A DNA stretch of 64,000 nt from Antedon mediterranea (lineage: Eukaryota > Animalia > Echinodermata): NCBI RefSeq assembly GCF_964355755.1, contig NC_092673.1:33973648-34037647 (forward strand), read 5' to 3'. Position numbers and translations under genes: made by a program. Positions 53,146-64,000 of the stretch are shown one piece after another; position 1 is the stretch's first letter; the number at the start of each line of letters is the position of its first letter. The notes beneath the pieces are model-generated. The model did not search any database. It was not told the DNA's origin and saw only the letters and a list, made by a program, of their open reading frames with translations.

Positions 53146-53995
53146 ATATTAGTTATAATTAATTAAATAATTGATATTTTTGTTTATCTTAACATATAAT
53201 ATACTTTATTTATAGGTGGTAAATATAAACCACCGATCGTTTACTAGACACCAGCGAAACATGTCTGCCAGTAGCCATAAAAACTGAAACCTGAAAACCG
53301 GAAGTGACATTTCAGCAAAATAGACAAATGAGCTAACACCTGACTGTTCCATTTAAAGTTCCAGGGCATGAAAAATTACACACGAGGGACACGTCTGGGA
53401 TTGAAATAGGCTCCTACTGTAGTGTAGCAACATTCCAGAATATTCCATTTTCAAACCAATGAAAAAATATAGGGTTTATGAGGGGTGTTAAGATGTTTGG
53501 TTGATAATTATAAATATGTGCCAGACTTCGGCACCTAACGGAAATAACTAATTAAATTAAATTATTTGCAATGTTGTTTATTAAATTTTATTCAAAATAT
53601 AATTGTTGGTAAAATAAATTTAATATTGCTGTTTTTTGACTCATTTATTTCACATCTGGCCATGGCTAGGCCTAGCCTAGCTAGGCCTACTATTTCATCG
53701 ACGATCGATTGCGCAATCGCTCGCGCGTAATTCCAGGGCTTGCTTGGGCAGCAGCGTATGCCGAGGATTGGCACACACATGCCGAGGTTTGGTACATAAA
53801 TAAAAAACACATTTTTTATTATTGTTTGTTAATTATAAATATTTATTTAATAATTCACACTGTATTTACTACTTATATAAATACTAAAAACTCTACCAAA
53901 AAATATTTTGTGATGCTTTTAAAATATACACGTAAATAACGAATTTCCCTGTAACCTGCCGAGGTACCCTAGGCCTATATGCTTAATAAATTTAA

Positions 53996-54543
53996 AGATG
54001 TATTGTCCCTTGAAACACAAAAAAAATGAAGGTCTAAATATTATAAATTTAAATTGGCCATATCAAAGTAAATATTAAAGTTATTCACTTTAAGTCAAAA
54101 ATTCAAGCCAAAACCAACAAGTTTACGTAATTAACAGGTAAATTAGTTTGATTAAATTTCGTCTGGAAAATCGTCGCGAGCGAAAGTAAACAAAGATTTC
54201 AAACCATGAGTACGCATTATGCATATGCTAATTACGATTGTTTACAACTCGTCACGGTTGAGAAGGTATTTTCACACAGATCGTGAGGAAGTTTTATGAT
54301 TATGCATACAGAGTAGCCAAACAAGCGCGTTTTATTATGGGATATGTTTTGATCGAAAACTTTGACTGGAAGTCAAAGTTATTTTTTTAACAAAAAAACG
54401 TCTGTATTTTAGTTAAATGACTTTTTTTTCGACAAATTTTTGGTGATAGTTAATAACTATTATGATACTTCAAAATGACCCACCTTTTTTCGAAATGTGT
54501 TATTTTTTATTTTTTTGGAATTAGTCAAAGGGACAATACATCT
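53996..54543. mobile_element. Kolobok-like MITE (duplicate of 37236-37783)
   Basis: Same TIRs and TTAA flanks. Confidence 0.85.
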
Positions 54544-54973
54544 TTAAACATGGACGAACAAATTAGTTTATGAGGTGTGAGGTAAATGCAAAATATTTAG
54601 AAAACTTTACATGATTTAGGCCTATAGGAACTATTGGATGATATTACAGAACAGCGGTATGTAAAACACAAAAAAGGCATACTTACAATTTACTGATTTA
54701 ACTTGTACCATCAAGGTTACGATTTACTTGCAAAGGAGGCTCAGGAATCTTGATGAACAGCATATACATCTTGAATGCTGAAAGCAAGTTGTGTTGTCCA
54801 TGCCACCAGCCCGAGCCGCTCCTTACTGAATGACAAATCGCTACAACAAGCAATACTTTATATACCCACCCGATTCTCGTACGGTTCATGTCTAACATGC
54901 AACAAGAAACTGCTGCGCTGTTTAATTTCAAGCAACAGTAACAGGCCCGTCCATACACGGAAGTGTCACTGTT

Positions 54974-55510
54974 TAGTCCAGTCAATCTACGATTTTTGGT
55001 GGACAAAATTGCAATAAATGATTTTATACACTTATTTGATAGATAAAAATACTATAAACGTCTTGTAAAAAGTTTACCAAAATCGGACAACAGAAAATGT
55101 GTATTTAAAGTAGAAAAGTGTCGAACTTTGTTTTTTGTTTTCTTCCGCGATGTGTTCAACGGTTTACCTAATTAGCATAAAATTCATTGTCCCTGATTTA
55201 GTTAATAGTCAGGTCATCTAGGTCACCACCTCTGTTTTGGTCATCGTTTTTGTTGTGTGGGTAAACACATGGGGCTATCGGGTCGGGGCCTACTAACTGG
55301 AGCGTAGTCGCTTTTTTGTTTATTTTCACTTGTTTATTATGCATTTTTATAATTACGGGAGGGGGTAGGCAGTGATCCTTACATAAGGGGGAGGGGGTAG
55401 GCGGTGATCCTTACATAAGGGGGAGGGGGGCAGGCGGTGATCTTTACATAAGGGGGAGGGGGTATACGGTGATCTTTGACTAATTATTCAATCGTAGATT
55501 GACTGGACTA
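54974..55510. mobile_element. MITE with 21-bp TIRs (duplicate of 38214-38752)
   Basis: Same TIRs and minisatellite. Confidence 0.75.
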
Positions 55511-55806
55511 ATGGCCTTGCCTTGTTTATTAAGTTTATCATGGTTAATGGTATAAGGCCTTACTTAAATCTAAGAAGATACATTCTTTTTTTGTAAAGAA
55601 TATTTAGATACTATCAAGGCCAACATGGTTGGGACAGAGCTAAGAATGAAAGCTTAGTCCCCGGAAATTATGATACGAAATATATAAGTCTTCAGGACCA
55701 GCCATACAATGGTGATTGTTTCCCAAGAGTGAGACATGCAATGCACGTGACGGTAATTGAACAAAACAAAATTATGAAATACAAACAGAGCGAGCACACA
55801 AAAGCC

Positions 55807-58069
55807 TAAGATAAGATAAGATAACTTTTATTGATCCTCAAAAAGGAAATTCATTGCTCGTCATATTAACAAAGAAAACACTATAAAAACAAATATAGCA
55901 TAAAACCATTCATATAAAAACATCTAAAAATTTACAATATAAAATTATCTTCTTGACTTCCTGTTGTACTGGATGATACCGGAGGGAATAAAGGATTTAG
56001 CAAATCGATTTGTTTTCACACCGAGGAGCCTCAATCTACCACTTGGATTAAGTTGGTCTATTATCACACTTTGTGGAGAGGATGAGAGGCATCCAACTCA
56101 ATGCGTTCGAAATCTTTCTGGAGGTGTTCTAGGTGCACATCGGTAAAGGAAGGCAGTTCCAGACCAATCATTTTACCAGCCCGACGGATGAAAGTTTCAA
56201 GGCGTCCTTTATTCCCTCCGGTAACATTACCAGCCCAACAGGAGAGGCAATACGTCCAAACACTACATATAACGGATCTATAGAACGAAAGTAACATCAA
56301 ATCACAGGAGTTAAATTTATATAAAGTTCTCATACAATACATTCTGGGACTTAATTTTTTGCTGATGAAGTCTATATGGTCTCCCCAACTCAGTTTATCA
56401 TTGAAAACAATTCCTAGATACTTGTACTGGTCAACAATTTCAATTTCTTTACCTTTGATAGTGATTGGTTGAAAATTAAATTTATGTTTAGTCCTAAAAT
56501 CAATGATCATCTCCTTTGTTTTTGATGCATTTATTTGGAGATAATTATCGTCACAAAATTTAACAAATCTTTGTATTTCGCTACGATAATTTTCATCATT
56601 GTTTGAAACTATGAGACCAATAGTACTAGTGTCATCAGCGAATTTAACAACGGGGCAAAGCTCATCATTTAAAGATCTGTAATCCGCCGTATACAAGGAA
56701 TATAATTTAGGTGCGTTGACAGTACCCTGAGGAACACCGGTGTCAGAGGTTACGATTTCTGACTTAACACCATTAATATTAACAAATTGTTTTCTATCAC
56801 AAATGAAATTTAAAACTAAACGAACAATCGGACGGGGAAACTCCATATTCAACATTTTGTCTGCTAAGATATGGGGTTGTATGGTATATTAAACGCAGAT
56901 TGAAAATCAAAATACATAATACGTGCCGAGTGGCCTTTCTTTACATTATCTAGATGTGAATACAATTTATGTAATTTAAAATAAATCGCATCACTGGTAC
57001 TACGGAGTGATCGGTAAGCAAATTGCAACGGGTCTAACACTTTTTCAGCATAAGGTTGCATAATTTTTAAAATAATACGTTCCAATATTTTCATCGCGAC
57101 AGACGTGAGTGCAACGGGTCTCAAATCATTCATGCTGTTAATCTTAGGTTTCTTAGGTACCGGTATTATGCATGAAAGTTTCCAAATATCCGGGAACGCA
57201 TGATAAGAAAGACACATATTGAAAATAAATGTAAATATACCATCAAGGTGATTGGGATTCTATCCGGCCCAGCAGCCTTCGATGAATTGAGTTTCATGAA
57301 TTCGTTATGTACATCAGAAATGCTTATACTAAATTTGGGATCATCTTCAGTCACCCGACACAAGCTAAATAGAGCCTCTCTTTCTTTTTTAAAATCATGA
57401 ACATTAAAACGGTTATAAAATTCATTTAACTCATTAACATATTGCACAGTAACATTCGGAATCGAGGTGGGTGTATTACCACCGTTTGTGTAACCACTCA
57501 TAAGTTTCATTCCCTGCCAAACTTGTTTCATATTATTAGACCTGAAGTTATGTTCAACTTTTTTCCTATAAATGTTCTTCTGTTTCATTATTTCAGATTT
57601 AATCTCTCTAGTCAATATTTTCATACGATTAGAGTCGCCCATCTTAAAGGCTTTACGTTTCTCACACAACAGTAATTTAACGCCTTTCGTGATCCATGGC
57701 TTGTTGTTAGGGTAGATTTTCACTTTTTTAACTGGAACGCATTTATCAATACAAAAGTTTATGTACGAGCTCACTGCATAAGTAATACTGTTCAAATCTT
57801 CATCCTCCGTAAAAATATCCCAATCGGTAGATTCAAATTCCGCTATCAGGGCTTCCTCGGCTTCAGGAGACCATTTACGTACATTAATAATTTTTGGTTG
57901 GCATGTCTTATTTAACGGGCGATATTTAGGACTGAGTAAAATCAAATTATGATCAGATTTGCCCAAGTTCGGTAGTGGGGTCGAAATATAGGCATCCTTC
58001 ACACTAGAGTAGCATAAATCAAGAATCGCGTTGTCCCTCGTTTTACATGTAACATGCTGATGATAAGTG
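55807..58069 (-). mobile_element. Rex1/Babar-like LINE (duplicate of 39049-41316)
   Basis: Identical ORF translations and frameshifts; the tail is one TCTTA unit shorter. Confidence 0.9.
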
Positions 58070-58594
58070 GCCGTTGTTTTCTTTTGTTTTCTACTTACTA
58101 ATTGTAATATTTCTATAATTAAAACAATTACAATTATCACCTTTGATAATTATAATGTTAAATTTCAACTATCCAGATGCGAATTTTAGGTTGGGTTTTA
58201 AAAAACTTGACTTCATATGCTTCAATTTCGAAGATCTGCTTAAAACATATTTATTTATTTATTCTACCATAAACCTTTATTCACAACATAATATTAGTAG
58301 GCCTACAATACAATATCTTGCATGAAACGAATATTTAAAAGTACACTATAATGTGTAACGGTAGAATTATAATTCTAATGTAAAAAATTAACAAAATAAA
58401 AATTGAACAGTGTTGTGTGTTGATCGCGAATACCATATTTCCCACAGCACATGTGCACACTCATTTGCATAACAAACGAACGGCATACCAAACTACGATG
58501 AGATAAAATTAAAAAAAAAAAAAAAAATTTTATATTAAAATAAATTGAGGGCGCTAAACATAAAATTTAAACCATAGCCTTAACTCTATTCCAC

Positions 58595-58666
58595 CGACCA
58601 GCGTGGGAATCGAACCCACGGCATACGTGTGTCAACACGACGCTCAGACGACTGAGCTAACTGATC
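58595..58666 (-). pseudogene. tRNA-like sequence (duplicate of 41842-41913)
   Basis: Identical sequence. Confidence 0.6.
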
Positions 58667-59000
58667 ATTTTGGTTTTAGCAAGGTTAATAGGATATTTAT
58701 GACGTAATGATCATATAATACACGTATAAATAGACTATTAATTATCAGCTTTTTAGTCATGTACCTGGTGGCGTAACGGACAATGCTTAGTTTCGAGTGC
58801 TATCCACTGGGGTTCGAATCTCGACGGATATTTTTTTTAATGAATATTCTTTTTTTTTTAAAGAGAGATGTGTGACACTGTATTGTCGAACATGTATGGT
58901 GCCATACCGGTAGGTATTCAAGTATGCTTAATCGATGTAAAAGTACTTGTAAAATAATAATTCATCAATTCTCTTCTTTTTTTATCTCTATTGTCTTTTT

Positions 59001-59100
59001 AGTCGCGTGGACGCGACTCTATAGTTCACTATGTCGGTCGGTCGGTCGGTCTGGTATCACTATGCGTTTTAGCACGCGACTTATGGCTGTTGGCCTTGTT
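59001..59100 (+). mobile_element. Minimal DINE-1/HINE-like element (duplicate)
   Basis: Same as 42248-42351 with one fewer GTCG unit. Confidence 0.75.
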
Positions 59101-61206
59101 TATTATAAGTCAAAACTCCGTCTGGAACCCAGACTAAATATAAGCCAGTATTGCTCTGTATATAAAGTCTATTCTACGTGGTCCCCATGTCTTGTCAATC
59201 TGTGGCAGCCTCATCGTAAAACAATATCGTTTTAGAAACAATTTCAATAATGTCACAAATAAAAAAAAGTAAAAGTAGGCTGTAATTTATTTTTTATACA
59301 TCTATTATTTTAATGCTCTGTAAACATACATCATACTATAAAGCATTTAACTAAAACATATTGTGCCCAAAAGTTTTAAAATAGTAATTAAACAGTTCAC
59401 ATCATGCATACATATTCTGTTTTCTTTTTTTGCACCTTTTCCTATTTGACCTCTTTTCTAAACCCGGGATTACTTCCGAATGCTAAAAAAACACATAAAA
59501 CAATTCTCTTAATTACTACAGTACATACTTGGTTTCCTTAATAAAAAATTGCTCAATTTACCCAGCAATAATAAGCCAATACAGTATTTTGGTACTTTCT
59601 ATGTGCACGTACATAATATTGGTACTAAATCATCTATAACGTTATCTTATAATGTAACAGTAAATTGGTTAGTTTTAATCATTAGCAGGCATATCTGTAT
59701 TCAATCAAATATTTCTATGTTCACCTTAATGTTCAAAGTAACTTGTTTATTTTCTGTAGACACACTATTAGCAAGCAAGTAAAATATAATATTCAACTAA
59801 AATATTACAGCTATTTATAATATAATTTTATTCTTTTACATATCCCACTATATTAATGATAAAAAATAAAAAAATAAATAAGACTCATAATTACCATAAA
59901 TCATGATGAAATATTATAATGTGTTTTCTAATATAAATGAATGATTAAAATGATTAGTGCAAAGTTTTATGCAATAATTCGCATAATTTATATTCTAAAC
60001 AAAGTATTTATTCTTAATTTAATTACACTACGAAAATAAAATTATTTAGATTTAAAATGCGAGAAATCAATGCAAATTGTAACATGTATTAATACATTGC
60101 AAATATTATTCAAATCAAACATTTATTTCTTTCAAAGCAAATGTAATTTTAACACCTTGTTTCCTTTTTTGGTTCTTAAAGAATTAAAAAAAATGAAAGA
60201 AGAACCTTTGAACCTTATTTTGGGTAAGTGATAAATAATTGAGATAATAATCTTAAATAAATCAGAAGCAAAAATATTGATAACAAACAAACAGAAACGA
60301 CACCGAAACAAAAGCACAACAGGAAAAAAACAATTAAAGGGCAAAAAAACAGAAAATGGGAAAACAAAGGTTGATTGACTGCATTATCATACAGAGATGA
60401 AAATTATACGAAGGTTATGGGAAAAGCTCTCTTCGATATGCAATTATTGATGTAAATACGCAAAATATTCCACAAAGAACCACTAAATCTGATATTGTGC
60501 TGGGACAAGATTGTGCTGAGGAATATGTAAGTTAAGGGACGAAAATAAAGTGCCATTGTGAACTAGAAAAGAGGTATAGCGCCAGTTAAAATGTTGGATT
60601 GATAAGAACTATATTGTACTAATTTATATATGAAAGGATGATGCTACTGTACAATAAAGTGTGCAGATAATATTGATTGAAATAAAAAAGAAAGTCTAAA
60701 AATGATACTAAATTTTCCAGGTTTGACCAAAACCAATGTTAATGCTCAAGAATTTAAATTAGCATTTTCTATAGTAATTTTAATTTATTTTGCCCAGGTT
60801 CCTTATTAAATTTGGTACATTGGAGTCTGTTAACGTTTAATGAGATTTTGTAGTAATAACATAACATTGAAGTTTAGCTAGAGACATGGTCTATGGTGTC
60901 GAAGCTTCCGAAGATCGATAAATGTATAGATATAAAATTCATTATTTTGTAAAGCATCCACGTTGTTATTTTGTGAATTACAAGAGAGAATTAGATTGCG
61001 GTGTCACATCCTTTACGAAAACTGTATAGATTATAGGAGAGATTGTGTGTTTTTAATGAAAGAATACAGTACATAGACATGTTAAACATATACAGGGGTT
61101 TAATTACAAGTAATCTCCATTCTCCCCAATAAGTTTGCTTTGGGTACGGTAACTATCACTATTATTATAGCATTCTTTTAGGATATCACGTAAATTACAA
61201 TTCACT

Positions 61207-64000
61207 TTAATGATCAAACTGAACTTCTCTTCTAGAACACTCTCTGACCATAGCATTCTTCACCTCAAATGATAAATTACAATTATGCATATTAAGCATA
61301 CGCAGCATAGGACACATATTGAATAAAGATGTACCATCAATTTGACTGAAATTATTGTCGCTTATATCCAGTTTAGATAACAACACCAAGGCAACATTTC
61401 TTGAACCCTCTCTGATTGTATCATTCATCACCTCACTTGATAAATTGCAATTATGCATATTAAGTTCATTAATATGAATAACGCGGATTAAATATGTCAG
61501 TGAAGCAAAATCAATTAGACTGAGATTATTATCGCTTATATCCAGGTTAGCTATTGTCAATGTAACTCCTCTATCAGAACACACTTTGATCGTAGCATTG
61601 ATCATCTCACCCGATAAACTGCAATTATGCATATTAAGGTGACAGTGATTATGAAAGCTGCTGATTAAATATGCCAGAAAAGCACTATCAATTTTACTGA
61701 GATTATTATCACTTAAGTCCAGTTTATAGAATCCAAATTTAACACCTCTTCTAGAACACTCTCTGATCATATCATTCATCACCTCACCTGATAAATTGCA
61801 ATTATGCATATTAAGGTCATGTCGATTATGAATAATACTAATAAAACATGCCAATGAAGCACCATTACTTAGACTGAGGTCATTATCACTAATATCCAGG
61901 TTAGCTAATGTCAATGTAACTCCTTTAACAGAACACTCCCTAATCATATCATTCATCATCTCACCTGATAAATTACAATTATGCATATTAAGGTCGTATA
62001 GATTATGAATATTGATAAAAATAAATGACAGTGAAGCACCATTTATTTTACTGAGATTATTATCACTTAAATCCAGTTTAGATAAGGTCAATGTAACTCC
62101 TCTACTAGAATACTCTCTGATCATATCATTCATCAACTCACCCGATAAATTGCAATTATGCATATTAAGGTCATGTGGATTATGAATAATGCTAGTAATA
62201 TATGCCAGTGAAGAACCATTGATTAAACTCCTTTTGTAGAACACTCTCTGATCATCATATCTTTCATCACTTCAGCTGATAAACTGTATTTATCCTTAAG
62301 GTCATATCGATTATAAAAAACATTGGTTAGATAAGATGCCGCCATTGAAGTACTATTCATTTGACTGAAATGAATATCATTACCTACTTTCACGGTAACA
62401 TCTACACTAGAACTAGAACTGGTTATGTCATTCCTCTTAAATGATATACTATAACCACCCTTAATGTCATCTAGATTAGAAAACAAATTGGTTAAAGATG
62501 ATATTGAAGCGCCATCGATTTGACTGAGAGTATCACTAGATACTTTAAATGTAACATCTTTACTGATCATATCATTCATCACCTCACATGGTAAACTGCA
62601 ATTATGCATGTTAAGGCTGCACTGACTAATGTTGACTAAACATTCAAATGAAGCACGATTGATTTGACTGAGATTATTATCACTTATATCCAGTTTAGAT
62701 AATGTCAAAGTAACCCCTCTTCTAGAACACCCTCTGATCATATCATTCATCACCCCACCTGATAAACTACAATTATGCATATCAAGGGAATATCGATTAT
62801 CACTACTATTCATTAAATACGCCATTGAAACACCATCAATCTGACTGAGATTATTATCACTTATATCCAATTCAGATAATGTCAATATACCTCTTCTACT
62901 AGAACACACACTGACCATATCATTCATTACCCCACCTGATAAACTGCAATTATGCATTTTAATGTTACTAATATTGAATAAAGATGCAAGTGAAGCACCA
63001 TTAATTTTACTGAGATCATTACCACTGATAACAAGTTTATTTAATTGTGAAAATATTGGTTGCTTTCTGACATGTATTACTTCACTTGATCGAACTGATT
63101 TACTACAATGTTGTGATACTATATCATTCAAACTGGTACCTGTAAGAGCATCAGGCTTTGCAATGAAACATTTCAGTTGTGGAGAATTTGTTAAAATATG
63201 AACTAGTATATGTTCAGCAGTTGGATGATAAATGGTAAGGTGACTTATATCATATTTCATGTTGTGTTTTTCACATTCATCTATCACATAACTCATACAA
63301 TCTCCACCAATCCTTTCCAAAATTTTACTTTGATCTGACACAGCAATTAAACTGTGGGCAAGTACTTTCCCTTTTTCCCCAGATGGCATATTATCACAAA
63401 ACCTTTCATTAATTATGGGATTATGGATATCGTGAATTTTTCTCATAAGATAAAATAAATTGTTTGTATCTACACTTACATTTGGTTGTTGATAAGTGAG
63501 AAAGATTCTTAATGAGTTACATACAGAATTCATTATGTCTAACTGTGTGACATGATCCATAAGTTCATTTTCTACATCCTCCAAATGCTCTTTATTAAGC
63601 ACCCATTTTAAAAGCAAAATTAAAGAACGATATGTTGGAAATCTATTTGTGATCCAATGTTTCAAAAACATTGTAGCACCAGAACCAAGAAATCCAATAG
63701 CAAATTCATGTGTCATTTTTAAATGTTCACTTTCTCTTATATTCTCCCATTCTTCATCCCCTAATGTTGAAAGTAGCAAATTATTACTCTCACTCTCCAA
63801 ACTAACTAGTTCACACAGTTTGTATAGGTAAAACCCAACCAATGATTCTACTATTAACTTATGAGGAGCCGTATACGTCTTTGCCAATTTAGACTTTTTT
63901 AAATGCGTTTTGTCTTCATATACAAACCCAAGTTCTAGAGCAAGTGTGTCGTCTACTTTATCTCGTATAGCTATAGTATGTAAATCAGTTTTGATAAATG
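61207..64000 (-). pseudogene. NLR copy 3, 3' part of the NACHT-LRR exon, with a 46-bp frameshifting deletion (5' part outside the window)
   Basis: Near-identical to 44461-47300. The two ORFs 62223-63887 and 61207-62244 overlap at the deletion. Premature TAA at 62223-62225. Confidence 0.88.

Larger units (their letters stand above)
33371..64000. repeat. Recent tandem segmental duplication: unit A 33371-49290, unit B 49291 to beyond 64000
   Basis: Near-identical sequence at offsets 15920/15916, 16760 (after the MITE insertion), 16753, 16746 and 16700. Identical ORF pairs appear in the ORF track. Confidence 0.97.

Overview
AT-rich eukaryotic (animal) genomic DNA. It resembles a marine invertebrate such as an echinoderm, but the taxon is only an inference. 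No prokaryotic genes, CRISPR arrays or rRNA are present. The right half (about 29.5-64 kb) is a head-to-tail cluster of three minus-strand NLR immune-receptor genes. The architecture, seen complete in copies 1 and 2, is tandem DED-DED + NACHT + LRR over four coding exons, with NACHT and all LRRs in one giant exon. A very recent ~16-17 kb tandem duplication built the cluster. Copy 2 (50713-44461) is intact, predicted 1475 aa. Copy 1 has a 4-bp frameshift at the end of the DED exon in front of an intact, divergent NACHT-LRR exon. Copy 3 is cut by the window edge and has a 46-bp frameshifting deletion in the LRRs. The left half is non-coding and transposon-rich. It holds a 5'-truncated CR1/L2-group LINE, several MITEs, and a Russian-doll nest of Helentron/Helitron-like non-autonomous elements at 18-24 kb. 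All calls come from reading the sequence; no database searches were run.
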